Source of the DNA: an uncultured Gemmatimonadales bacterium
GTDB taxonomy: Bacteria > Gemmatimonadota > Gemmatimonadetes > Gemmatimonadales > Gemmatimonadaceae
DNA length: 64,000 bases
Assembly (NCBI GenBank): GCA_963707505.1
Contig: CAVPQB010000003.1
Span: 448,001-512,000 of the forward strand
Reading direction: 5' to 3'
Positions 9,844 through 19,216 of the stretch are shown piece after piece; position 1 is the stretch's first letter; every line of letters begins with the position of its first letter. The notes beneath the pieces were generated by a model. The model had not been told where the DNA came from. It was given only the letters and a program-made list of their open reading frames with translations, and did no database searches. A program made the position numbers and the translations under genes.

Positions 9844-11871
9844 CTAGGGTGTCAGCGAGTTGTATAGCGCCGCTACGTTGAAGCCTACCGGATCGATTTC
9901 GTAATATCTGTTATCCGTGTAGCGCCCTGTCGTCGGGAAGTACGGCGGTGGATTGTACAGCGCGCACTTGTCGTAGCTGTAACGCTTGGCGAACCCGGTG
10001 CCGTTGGATGTTCCGACAGCACCACGTTGCTGCTGAATGATTCCACCTGTCAGATACAGGCAGCCTCGGCCGTTATTGGTCCCTTCGCAGCCGTTCGCGT
10101 TGGTCGGTCCCGAGTCGTAATTCTCGACGCCAAACGCCGTGCTGAGCGCCATCATCACGCCCTGCACGAAGACGTCTTTCGTGTCATCCATGTTTTTGTA
10201 GCCAACGCCCGAGATGTTCAACGGATCCTGCAACGCGTTGTCTGCGACGAATATGTTGTTGCCGGCGATTATGCCGAGCATGTCGGCCGTACAGTTGTTG
10301 AGCGAGGGATCTGTCACGTATTTCGTATCGCGCAGAATTGCGATGTTACCAGTCGCGTACAGCGTGACACGCCCACGAAGCGTACCGCTTATGCCGGTAG
10401 TTCCAGCGACATAGATCACACCCTTCGTACCAGGATTGAGTCCACGGTAGAGCGGGTACAGGTACTGCGCCTCCGCCGGGTACAACGCCGTCAGCTGAGG
10501 AGCGACAGTGCCTGCATAGGGCTTCCAATAGCCGGCAGTATTCAGGGCTGTACCGGCGTAGAATGTCGTGCTGTCACCAGCGATTTTCTGCGCTACAGCG
10601 AGAACTTGCGCCGTTGTCTTACCAGCCATGCCGACAGTATCACTGGCATAGCCGGCACCCGGCTCACTCCGGTAGCTTACAGCGCGCAGATTCGGGTCGC
10701 CTCCAAGATAGCACCGGGCGGACGGCTGCTTCATCACGTACGCTGTCATTCCAGATCCGCTAGTAAGCGAGGTGATAATACTTCCGGTGTAGAGCCCTGA
10801 CTTTGTGAGAGCGGCCTTGAACCACGCTTTGGTATGCTCCGAGAGCGGAACGAATGCCAGGCGAGACGGCGACCCCAGTCCCGTACCGCTGCTGGTAAAT
10901 GTGTATGAAGCTCCGCAATTGTCCGCGGTAGAATCTCCACGCACCCACGGCGCAGTCTTGCCATAGTAAACCCGGAAAAACCCGTCGTCAGCTCCATTGA
11001 TCGGCAGCCCGGCAACTCCACCGGTGCCACCGTTGTACGGACGCGCGACGAACTCGATGCGCATCAGGGTCTTGTCGATCGTGCTGGAGTTGGGCGCACT
11101 AAAGTTGAACCCACCTGAAGACGCATATCCCGGAAGCGAGCTGAGCGATGTGTTGTTGGGAAGCGCGATCGGCTTCTGGTTGGCTGAATAACCCACGTCG
11201 AATGTGCCATAGCCGGCGCCAAGTACGGCACCAGCCGTTCCCACTGTACCGTGAAAACGCGCGCCGCCGGACCCGATGTTGAGATTGTCGTTGGACCAGA
11301 CGGGGCCCCATAGTTGGTCGTTGTTGTTGAAGTAAATCACGGAGCCGTTGTTCGTTTCCTGATTGGACCAGTAGGCGAACTTCGCGAAGCTCTCCTGTGC
11401 GAGCTCGAGTCGACGCACGACCTGCGCGCCACTCTGATTCTTCGCGACCGCAACGACGCTCACGAACCGTCCGAACTGCCCGGTATTCGAGCTCGTCGGT
11501 CCCAGATACATGCTCACAGTAATTCCCGGGATCGCCTTGCCGTCCGCGCCAAGCACTGTCGCGTTGCTGGTGACAGTGGTGTAGCCGGTGTCGGGTGCGG
11601 CGTACGGATCGAAGTTGAGCGTGCTCTTGCCCATCGCGAGCACCGCTTCGGCAGCGTAACGCATGTCACGCTCCTGATCGTACGAGTTCGCGAGTATCTG
11701 CTCGTTGCCACCGAGATAGATCGCCGAGGTCGCGAGGCTTGCCAGCGACAGCGTGAGCACGAGTGTCAGTATCAACGCAGAGCCGCGGCGATCGGAGCCG
11801 CGTCTCATCGTGCGTCTACTCTTCCATGCGCGATACTTGACCGCGATTTGCGTAAGGTGCTTGGCGTACAT
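9844..11871 (-). CDS. Large PilX-like minor pilin with extended C-terminal domain (DUF4900-like)
   Basis: Class III-like leader RRG/SALILTLVLTL without Glu5, then YAAEAVLAMG helix and ESFAKFAYW; Gly/Asn/Thr-rich, Cys-containing C-terminus. Confidence 0.8.
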   Translation of the reverse strand: MYAKHLTQIAVKYRAWKSRRTMRRGSDRRGSALILTLVLTLSLASLATSAIYLGGNEQILANSYDQERDMRYAAEAVLAMGKSTLNFDPYAAPDTGYTTVTSNATVLGADGKAIPGITVSMYLGPTSSNTGQFGRFVSVVAVAKNQSGAQVVRRLELAQESFAKFAYWSNQETNNGSVIYFNNNDQLWGPVWSNDNLNIGSGGARFHGTVGTAGAVLGAGYGTFDVGYSANQKPIALPNNTSLSSLPGYASSGGFNFSAPNSSTIDKTLMRIEFVARPYNGGTGGVAGLPINGADDGFFRVYYGKTAPWVRGDSTADNCGASYTFTSSGTGLGSPSRLAFVPLSEHTKAWFKAALTKSGLYTGSIITSLTSGSGMTAYVMKQPSARCYLGGDPNLRAVSYRSEPGAGYASDTVGMAGKTTAQVLAVAQKIAGDSTTFYAGTALNTAGYWKPYAGTVAPQLTALYPAEAQYLYPLYRGLNPGTKGVIYVAGTTGISGTLRGRVTLYATGNIAILRDTKYVTDPSLNNCTADMLGIIAGNNIFVADNALQDPLNISGVGYKNMDDTKDVFVQGVMMALSTAFGVENYDSGPTNANGCEGTNNGRGCLYLTGGIIQQQRGAVGTSNGTGFAKRYSYDKCALYNPPPYFPTTGRYTDNRYYEIDPVGFNVAALYNSLTP

Positions 11872-11882
11872 TCTTCCCCCGA

Positions 11883-13067
11883 TTATGGAACGGTTACCTG
11901 ATTACTCACCGCAATTGGAGAGAACTGACCGCCGCAATCTTCAGCAGCCACTCCGTAGATCCACGTGTTGGTGCTCGATACCTGCGTATCCGTGAACGTA
12001 TAGCTCGCCTGGCCAGCAGGTATCGAAGCAAGCGGATCAGCAAACACGTCGCCTACCAGGCGACGGTAGATGACGTACTTCTCCACGTCCTTTTCCCCAC
12101 CACCGTCGTCTGTCGCGCGATTCCAGCTCAGCACTACCTGGTTGGATGTTGGCGCGACAGCGGTCACCGACTGTCCAAAAACAGGCGCGTCACCGCATGT
12201 TGCGTGATTCAGCAGACCAGCATTCAGCAACCGGATCGATGCATCCGCCGGCCGTTGAGTCTTGCTTCCGTCGCGCTCGATGAAGCTGCCAATCAAATGA
12301 ACCTTTACAAAGCGAATCTGATCGGTGAGGGCCGATGATCCAGTGTCCGTCGGTGACCCGTGCACCGGAACGTGAATCGCCGGTAATGACGCCGCCGGAA
12401 CGTTTACAACGGCCCCCGCGTCGTTGATGATCTGATACGTGAACGGAGGCGTGAGAGGATCCAGTAGCATCCCCCGCGCCAGCGTGTCGATTGGCATCGC
12501 GTTCACGCGACGGAACAGTGCGTACCGGCCACTTGAACCCGGGCTGTTGTCCGGCGCGACCCAGAAGGAAATCGTTTCCGCAGCACTCGGCGGTCCCCCC
12601 CGAAAGTACGACGTCGTCGGCCACACAGTCGACGAGAGCGGCAGAGTAACCTGATGCGCCGGCGTCATGCTCATCGTTGATCCCGCCGGAAGGTCAGGAT
12701 CGTAGTACACTGCGCCGAACGCACCGCCTTCAGCTGCCGTATCGCGCGCAGCGTAGTCGGCGTTGAACGTCACCGCGAATGGATCCGCCTGGACGAGCAA
12801 CGGTTGCTGATCGGAAACGCCGGCACCAGCGACGCGTATCTGGCGCTCGATCGTCGAGATGGCGAAACGCACGTTCTGCTGAGCGTCGGATCGTCCAGCG
12901 GTGCTGCCCATTGCCTGCACCTGCGAGCGGAAGAGCGGAACGGTCATGGCGAACACCAGTAGCAGAATGGTGATCGACAGCATGACTTCCAGCAGCGTGA
13001 ATCCGCCGCGCTTCCGTCGCGCACGCTGAGCGGCATTCGAGCTCGTGGCGAAGTTCATCGCAGTCAT
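11883..13067 (-). CDS. PilW-like minor pilin with C-terminal fibronectin type III-like domain
   Basis: GG/FTLLEVM prepilin motif; AQQNVRFAISTIERQIRVAG; C-terminal VVLSWNRATDD...YVIYRR...YTFTDT...YGVAAED. Confidence 0.85.
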   Translation of the reverse strand: MTAMNFATSSNAAQRARRKRGGFTLLEVMLSITILLLVFAMTVPLFRSQVQAMGSTAGRSDAQQNVRFAISTIERQIRVAGAGVSDQQPLLVQADPFAVTFNADYAARDTAAEGGAFGAVYYDPDLPAGSTMSMTPAHQVTLPLSSTVWPTTSYFRGGPPSAAETISFWVAPDNSPGSSGRYALFRRVNAMPIDTLARGMLLDPLTPPFTYQIINDAGAVVNVPAASLPAIHVPVHGSPTDTGSSALTDQIRFVKVHLIGSFIERDGSKTQRPADASIRLLNAGLLNHATCGDAPVFGQSVTAVAPTSNQVVLSWNRATDDGGGEKDVEKYVIYRRLVGDVFADPLASIPAGQASYTFTDTQVSSTNTWIYGVAAEDCGGQFSPIAVSNQVTVP

Positions 13068-13068
13068 C

Positions 13069-13458
13069 TCAGAATGCGGCTATCATCGTCGTACGCTTGA
13101 TCGGCGTGCCGAGTCTGGAATTGGAGACAGTTACGGTAACCGTCTTGTAGTCATAGAGGTCTTTCGCTCCGCCACCCGTGTGCGTGACCTGAGTCTTGCG
13201 CGTGTACCCGACATATGGAGTCGCGAGTGACACGGTACCGGGATACAGAGTGTCAATCGCCGTGTAACGCGGTGCATTCTTGATTTCTTCGAGACGCTGG
13301 GAGGCGAGCTCGTTTGCAGTGTTCTTGACGTCGCTGACTGCGACGATGCGCGCGAATTTGCCCATGAAGCTCGCAATGCTGAGCATCGCGGTGGCGAGAA
13401 TAGTCACCGCCATCATGACTTCGACCAACGTCATTCCCTTGCGTACGCCCTTGATCAT
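13069..13458 (-). CDS. PilV-like minor pilin
   Basis: KG/MTLVEVM prepilin motif; ANELASQRLEEI; 129 aa. Confidence 0.88.
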   Translation of the reverse strand: MIKGVRKGMTLVEVMMAVTILATAMLSIASFMGKFARIVAVSDVKNTANELASQRLEEIKNAPRYTAIDTLYPGTVSLATPYVGYTRKTQVTHTGGGAKDLYDYKTVTVTVSNSRLGTPIKRTTMIAAF

Positions 13459-14015
13459 AGTCCCGCTCCTATCCAGGTGCTTCCGTTATAGCGATACGAC
13501 TGCACGCGTCCGGTCGCCTGTCGAACGTGAAGCGCGCGCATGTCAGACTTGTTGATTCGATACGACGAAACGTACAGTTCCAGCTCGCTGCTCACTGCAC
13601 CGTCACGATGGTAGTAAACGGTCGGATAGTTGTCACGACTGGCAATACTGGTACCCACGACAGATGACGTGGCGGTGAGCTGCACTCCAGCCGGCGGGAC
13701 AATGAAACGGGTCCCATCCTGAAGTTGCGTCCAACGAACCGTCTCGCCGGCGTCCACCTGATGATTGTCGTTCGCGTCGTAAACCAGACGTATGCGTCGT
13801 CCGGTTGTATCGAAGCTCACCATGACGTCGGTCTGACGCACGATCGCGACTCGCTGGGCCTGCTGAAGCGCGATCTGCACCGTGCGCATACCTGCGTCCG
13901 CGTCGAACTGTGCGGCCTTGAGGCGTGGCAGAGCGAGTGCGGCCAGAATGCCCACGATGGACACGACGATCAGCATCTCGATTAGCGTGAATCCCGCGCG
14001 AACGGTTTTCGGCAT
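13455..14015 (-). CDS. FimT/GspH-like minor pilin
   Basis: AG/FTLIEMLIVVSIVGILAALALP; LQQAQRVAI. Confidence 0.9.
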   Translation of the reverse strand: MPKTVRAGFTLIEMLIVVSIVGILAALALPRLKAAQFDADAGMRTVQIALQQAQRVAIVRQTDVMVSFDTTGRRIRLVYDANDNHQVDAGETVRWTQLQDGTRFIVPPAGVQLTATSSVVGTSIASRDNYPTVYYHRDGAVSSELELYVSSYRINKSDMRALHVRQATGRVQSYRYNGSTWIGAGL

Positions 14016-14021
14016 ACTGAG

Positions 14022-14106
14022 AAGGTAGGGTTATGAGGTCGCGTGAGTCGTCACGCTCCCGGACGGACTTGTCACTAAATGCGAGTATCGGCGTCCATAG
14101 TGACAA
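14022..14106. promoter_or_regulatory. Divergent control region with -10-like box and inverted repeats
   Basis: Minus-strand TACCTT 6 nt before the fimT ATG; GCGTGA-N4-TCACGC (14041-14056); TTGTCACTA-N20-TAGTGACAA (14069-14106). Confidence 0.5.
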
Positions 14107-14130
14107 CCAAAGCATTTTGAGAACATCCAC

Positions 14131-14919
14131 GTGAGCGTCATCGTCACCCTGACAAGCCATCCCGGGCGCCTTGCCCGGATCAGGTCTGCCGCGCGCGATA
14201 GCCACACCGTTATCGCCTGCGACAACTGGGAACAGATTTTTTCCACATGCCATGGACAGATGGTTCACGCCGCCGTTCTGGACCTCGAAACAGCGGCATC
14301 GCCGAGCTTCGATTCCATCCGCCGGTTCAAACGCATGAATCCGACGGTAGCGCTCATCGGATACACGACCTACACCCTCGAAAGGGTACATCACATTTTT
14401 GATGCAGGACGCTACGGCTTCGAGGCGCTCGTGATCGCCGACATCGACGACGGGCCGTCGGCGTTCTCACGCGCAATCGAGAGAGCCTCGGCGCGTGGTG
14501 TCGCAGGGATGGTGAGGAACAACCTGGCTCCAGCCGTCGATCCGATGGCTACCGACGCCTTGCTGACAGCGATCACGAGGGCCCATGAGCGACTCACGCC
14601 GGCGAGCCTGGCGCAGGAAATGGGGGTCGGCGGCCGGCGGCTCTCTCGTGCACTTTCCGCATCGGGATATCCTTCGGCGCACAAGCTCATCATGTGGGGA
14701 AGGCTCATCGTTGCGGCGGCACTCATGGACGGAACGCGTCATAGCACGGACCGGATCGCACTCACCTTGCGCTTTCCATCGGGGAGCGCTTTCCGTAACA
14801 ACTGCCGGCGCTACCTCGGAGCCAAACCGTCGGAAATCCGTGCGCGCGGCGGCGCGACCCTGGTCTTCAGCCTGCTAAGAGATGGAATTGCCGCGAACCG
14901 GCAGTCCTCGGACCTGTAG
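14131..14919 (+). CDS. AraC-family transcriptional regulator with receiver-like N-terminal domain
   Basis: C-terminal AraC signature DRIALTLRFPSGSAFRNNCRRYLGAKPSEIR; first HTH PASLAQEMGVGGRRLSR; N-terminus has a CheY-like alpha/beta pattern. Confidence 0.8.
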   Translation: MSVIVTLTSHPGRLARIRSAARDSHTVIACDNWEQIFSTCHGQMVHAAVLDLETAASPSFDSIRRFKRMNPTVALIGYTTYTLERVHHIFDAGRYGFEALVIADIDDGPSAFSRAIERASARGVAGMVRNNLAPAVDPMATDALLTAITRAHERLTPASLAQEMGVGGRRLSRALSASGYPSAHKLIMWGRLIVAAALMDGTRHSTDRIALTLRFPSGSAFRNNCRRYLGAKPSEIRARGGATLVFSLLRDGIAANRQSSDL

Positions 14920-15017
14920 CTCGCCCGTGTCTTGCGGCGGGTGCTGCGTCCCGCCGATGTGGCGGCGACAACAGTTTTCCGTTTACAACCGCCCGTCCAT
15001 TCATACTTTAGTTGGTG

Positions 15018-15638
15018 ATGCTATACGTAGGCTTGACTGGCAACATTGCCAGCGGAAAGTCGGAGGCTGCGGCCCGGCTCGCCCTGCGGGGCGCAACCAT
15101 AGTAGACGCGGACGTCCTGGCTCGTGACGCGGTTGCAGTTGGCTCGCCGGCGTTCGAGCGCGTCGTCGCTCGCTGGGGTAGCGGAGTCCTGGCGCCTGAT
15201 GGGACGCTCGACCGTGAGGCATTGAGGCATACCGTCTTCGCCGACCCCGCTCAGCTGGAGGAGTTGAACGCGATAGTCCATCCCGGTGTCAACAAGCTAC
15301 GCCGGAAGATGGTCGCAGAGGCGCGGAAGCGCGGCGACGCAGTGCTGATTTACGTGGTGCCGCTGCTGTTCGAGCGACGGCTCGCTGGCGAGTTCGATCA
15401 GATCATCCTGGTCGATGCTCCGCAGGAGCTGCGGCTGGAGCGGCTGGTGGAGCTACGCGGTGTTTCACCAGAAGACGCCGTCAATATGATCTCCGCCCAG
15501 ATGCCGGCCGAGCTCAAGCGAGCGCGCGCCAACTTCGTAATAGAGAATGACGGCTCACTCGAGCAGCTGGATGAGCAAGTGACAGACGTGTGGTCGCGGT
15601 TGACAGCCTCCGGCGCCCGGTCTAGCTTGGCGGTCTGA
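15018..15638 (+). CDS. coaE: Dephospho-CoA kinase
   Basis: VGLTGNIASGKS, DADVLAR, LNAIVHP, VPLLFE, SAQM. Confidence 0.97.
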   Translation: MLYVGLTGNIASGKSEAAARLALRGATIVDADVLARDAVAVGSPAFERVVARWGSGVLAPDGTLDREALRHTVFADPAQLEELNAIVHPGVNKLRRKMVAEARKRGDAVLIYVVPLLFERRLAGEFDQIILVDAPQELRLERLVELRGVSPEDAVNMISAQMPAELKRARANFVIENDGSLEQLDEQVTDVWSRLTASGARSSLAV

Positions 15639-15687
15639 GCGGCGCGCAGCGCTGTTCCCATTACGCTCCATATCGAGGCATTGACGC

Positions 15688-16071
15688 GTGGCCAACGTTC
15701 CCGGCGACCTGCTTTACACGGCTGAGCACGAATACATTCGCGACCGCGGCGACGGCGTCGTCGAGGTCGGCATCACGGACTACGCTCAGGGCGAGCTGGG
15801 CGACGTCGTCTATCTCGAGCTGCCGAAGGTTGGTACGTCCTTCGCAAAGCACGACGTGTTCGGAACGATCGAAGCGGTGAAGGCCGTTTCGGAGCTGTTC
15901 GCGCCGCTCGCTGGCGAGATCACGGAAGTGAACACCAGGCTGGATGGCGAGCCCGCGATCGTGAATAACGATCCCTTCGGCGAGGGCTGGATGATCCGGA
16001 TGAAGGTCAAGGATCCGGGCGAGCTCGCTGCGCTGCTAAAGCCTGACGCTTATAGCGCGCAGATAGGCTGA
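15688..16071 (+). CDS. gcvH: Glycine cleavage system H protein
   Basis: VGITDYAQGELGD, lipoyl site IEAVKAVSE, VNNDPFGEGW. Confidence 0.98.
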   Translation: MANVPGDLLYTAEHEYIRDRGDGVVEVGITDYAQGELGDVVYLELPKVGTSFAKHDVFGTIEAVKAVSELFAPLAGEITEVNTRLDGEPAIVNNDPFGEGWMIRMKVKDPGELAALLKPDAYSAQIG

Positions 16072-16078
16072 ACTGCAG

Positions 16079-16110
16079 GTCGTCGTCCCCGCGAAAGCGG
16101 GGACGACGAC
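16079..16110. repeat. REP-like palindrome (single copy), probable terminator for convergent gcvH/gcvP
   Basis: GTCGTCGTCCCCGC-GAAA-GCGGGGACGACGAC, perfect 14-bp stem. Confidence 0.8.
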
Positions 16111-16126
16111 ACTCGACACGGTCCGC

Positions 16127-19015
16127 TCAGGTCACGTACGAATCCGTCGGCGGGCAGGAGCATATGAGATTGCGATCGCCATAAGCGGATTCGATGCGCG
16201 CGGTAGCAGGCCAGAACTTGGATTCGCGCACCCACGGTGCGGGATAGGCGGCCTGGCTGCGCGGGTACGGATGGGTCCACTCGTCGGCCGTGATACGCGC
16301 GGCGGTGTGCGGGGCGTTCTTCAATAGATTGTCGGCGCGATCAGCCGTGCCGGTCTCTATCGCCCGAATTTCCTCACGAATCGCTATCATCGCGTCGCAG
16401 AAGCGATCGAGCTCGGCTTTAGACTCGCTTTCCGTTGGCTCGATCATCATCGTGCCGGCAACCGGGAACGAGACGGTGGGCGCGTGGAAGCCATAGTCCA
16501 TCAACCGCTTTGCGATATCTTCGACGTCGACACCGCTCGTCGTCTTCACGACACGCGTGTCGACGATGCACTCGTGCGCGACGGTGCCATTCTGTCCGCG
16601 GTACAACACGGGGTAGTGCGGCTCGAGCCGCTTCGCCATGTAGTTGGCGTTCAGTATCGCGATTTTGGTCGCCTCGACGAGCCCATCGGGGCCCATCATG
16701 CGGATGTACGCATAGGATATCGGAAGAATGCTGGCGCTTCCCCACGGCGCTTCGGAAACCGCTCCAACAGTCTCGCGCCCGGCTTGATCGATGACCGGAT
16801 GACCCGGCAGGAACGGCGCGAGATGTGCCGCGACGCCGATCGGACCCATGCCTGGTCCACCGCCACCGTGCGGAATGCAGAAGGTCTTGTGCAGGTTGAG
16901 GTGACAGACGTCTGCGCCGACGTCGCCCGGCCGGCAGAGCCCGACCATTGCGTTCATGTTGGCGCCATCCATGTAAACCTGGCCACCGTTCGCATGAATG
17001 ATCGCGCAGATGTCCGAAATTGTCTCTTCGAAAACACCGTGTGTCGATGGATACGTGACCATGAGCGCAGCGAGATCGGCGCGATGCGCTTCCGCCTTGT
17101 CGCGCAGATCGGCGACGTCGATGTTGCCGGACGGATCAGTCTTAACCACGACGACCGTCATGCCGGCCATCACCGCACTCGCGGGGTTGGTACCATGCGC
17201 GGACTGGGGGATGAGACAGATCTTTCGGTGTGCTTCGCCGCGTGACTCGTGGTATGCCGCGATGGCGAGCAGCCCCGAGTATTCACCCTGCGATCCAGCG
17301 TTCGGCTGCAGCGATACGGCGGCGAAGCCGGTGATCTCAGCAAGATCAGCTTCGAGCTCGCGGAACAGCTGTGCATAACCAGCCGTCTGATCCACCGGCG
17401 CGAACGGATGGATCTTGTTGAACAGCGGCCACGTGATAGGCATCATCTCGGCGGTCGCGTTGAGCTTCATGGTGCAGGAGCCGAGTGGAATCATCGAATG
17501 CACGAGCGAAAGATCGCGCGCCTGCAGGCGATAGATGTAGCGCAGCAGCTCGGTCTCGGAGTGGTACTGATTGAACACCGGATGCGTGAGGAACGCCGAT
17601 GTGCGACGGAAGCGCTCATCGTAGCGCGGATCGGAGCCGGCCAGCAGGTCGTCGAAATTGGAGTCTGTTGCAGACGATCCGCTGAGCAGCTTGAGAAGAT
17701 CCGCGACGTCGGCCGGACCGGTAGTCTCATCCAGCGAGATGCCGATCTCGCTATCGCCCAGACGGCGAAGATTGATGCGCGATTCGACAGCGCGCGTCAT
17801 TACGTCCTGCGCCTTGCCTGCGCCGAGATCGATGCGAAGCGTATCGAAGTAATCTTCGTGCACGATGCGCAATCCGAGTCTCCGAATTCCTTCGGCAAGT
17901 GCGGCCGTGAGCTGATGGACGCGTGTGGCGATGCGCTCGAGTCCCTCCGGACCGTGATACACCGCGTACATGCTTGCGACGACTGCAAGCAGGACCTGGG
18001 CAGTGCAGATGTTGCTGGTAGCCTTCTCGCGACGAATGTGTTGCTCGCGTGTCTGCAGCGCCATACGGAGCGCGGGCGCTCCGTCCGCGTCGCGCGAAAC
18101 GCCGATGATGCGACCCGGGATCTGGCGCTTGTACTCGTCGCGTGTCGCGAAGAAGCCGGCGTGGGGGCCGCCGTAGCCGAGCGGCACACCAAACCGCTGG
18201 GTGTTTCCGACGACGATGTCGGCACCCCACTCTCCGGGCGGTGACAGCAGGACCAGGCTGAGCAGGTCAGCGGCGACGGTTACGAGCGCATCGTGGGCGT
18301 GAGCGTCGTCGCAGATCGACGAATAGTCGCGGATGGCCCCGTCCGTGGCCGGATACTGTACGAGTGCACCGAATACCTGAGGGCCGAACTCGAACTTGTC
18401 ATAAGGAAGGACGTGTACCGTGAGGCCCCGCGCGGTGGCGCGAGTCTGCACCACACTGATGGTTTGCGGATGACAGTCGTCGGCGACGAGAAATACTTCC
18501 TTCCCTGCCTTGCCGGTGAGGGCATGGGCGAGTCCCATCGCTTCGGCAGCTGCGGTGGACTCATCGAGCAACGAGGCGTTGGCGATGGGGAGACCGGTCA
18601 GGTCGCCGACCATGGTCTGGAAATTCAGCAGAGCTTCCAGGCGCCCCTGGGCAATCTCGGCCTGATATGGTGTGTAAGCGGTGTACCAGGCCGGGCTTTC
18701 GACGACGTTACGCTGGATGACTGGCGGAGTGACGCAGTCCGAGAAGCCCATCCCGATGTACGATCTGAAAAGCTTGTTGCGGGCAGCGATGCATCGGAGT
18801 AGCGCCAGCGTTTCCGCTTCGGTCCTGGCCGCCGGAATCGAGAGCTGGCTCCGGAACCGGATTCGCTCGGGAACGGTGGCGTCTATCAGAGAGTCGAGGG
18901 TGTCGTAGCCGAGTGTGGAGAGCATCTCGGACACTTCGGCGGGCGTCGGGCCGATGTGACGGGGTGCAAATTGATCAGCGCTTTCGAGCGCGGAGGGAGC
19001 CTGAACGGAAGCCAT
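16127..19015 (-). CDS. gcvP: Glycine dehydrogenase (decarboxylating), single-chain
   Basis: [29 protein letters not shown] site [18 protein letters not shown]; 962 aa. Confidence 0.98.
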   Translation of the reverse strand: MASVQAPSALESADQFAPRHIGPTPAEVSEMLSTLGYDTLDSLIDATVPERIRFRSQLSIPAARTEAETLALLRCIAARNKLFRSYIGMGFSDCVTPPVIQRNVVESPAWYTAYTPYQAEIAQGRLEALLNFQTMVGDLTGLPIANASLLDESTAAAEAMGLAHALTGKAGKEVFLVADDCHPQTISVVQTRATARGLTVHVLPYDKFEFGPQVFGALVQYPATDGAIRDYSSICDDAHAHDALVTVAADLLSLVLLSPPGEWGADIVVGNTQRFGVPLGYGGPHAGFFATRDEYKRQIPGRIIGVSRDADGAPALRMALQTREQHIRREKATSNICTAQVLLAVVASMYAVYHGPEGLERIATRVHQLTAALAEGIRRLGLRIVHEDYFDTLRIDLGAGKAQDVMTRAVESRINLRRLGDSEIGISLDETTGPADVADLLKLLSGSSATDSNFDDLLAGSDPRYDERFRRTSAFLTHPVFNQYHSETELLRYIYRLQARDLSLVHSMIPLGSCTMKLNATAEMMPITWPLFNKIHPFAPVDQTAGYAQLFRELEADLAEITGFAAVSLQPNAGSQGEYSGLLAIAAYHESRGEAHRKICLIPQSAHGTNPASAVMAGMTVVVVKTDPSGNIDVADLRDKAEAHRADLAALMVTYPSTHGVFEETISDICAIIHANGGQVYMDGANMNAMVGLCRPGDVGADVCHLNLHKTFCIPHGGGGPGMGPIGVAAHLAPFLPGHPVIDQAGRETVGAVSEAPWGSASILPISYAYIRMMGPDGLVEATKIAILNANYMAKRLEPHYPVLYRGQNGTVAHECIVDTRVVKTTSGVDVEDIAKRLMDYGFHAPTVSFPVAGTMMIEPTESESKAELDRFCDAMIAIREEIRAIETGTADRADNLLKNAPHTAARITADEWTHPYPRSQAAYPAPWVRESKFWPATARIESAYGDRNLICSCPPTDSYVT

Positions 19016-19216
19016 CTATCGAGAAATTGGATTGTACGGCGAAGTCGGCATTGGGCGCGTAGGACGGCGCTCTGCGAGAGCGCCCTCAGCCCGTAAATTT
19101 AATCGCGTGTGGCAGGCCGTATTCGAGGGCGAATCTTGTGCGGCTGACGGAATGGCGCGATGATGTAGCGCTGACGATACTCATCGAGGACAACCCAGAC
19201 GCGACCAAATCACTCG

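Noticed and set aside
9844..14015. Pilin cassette as a prophage or integrative island
   Set aside because: No integrase, att-like direct repeats, tRNA or phage genes; the composition shift may simply reflect Thr/Asn/Ser-rich exported proteins.
19016..19216. Glycine riboswitch upstream of gcvP
   Set aside because: No recognisable aptamer motifs on the minus strand, only a 7-bp hairpin; an Infernal scan would settle it.
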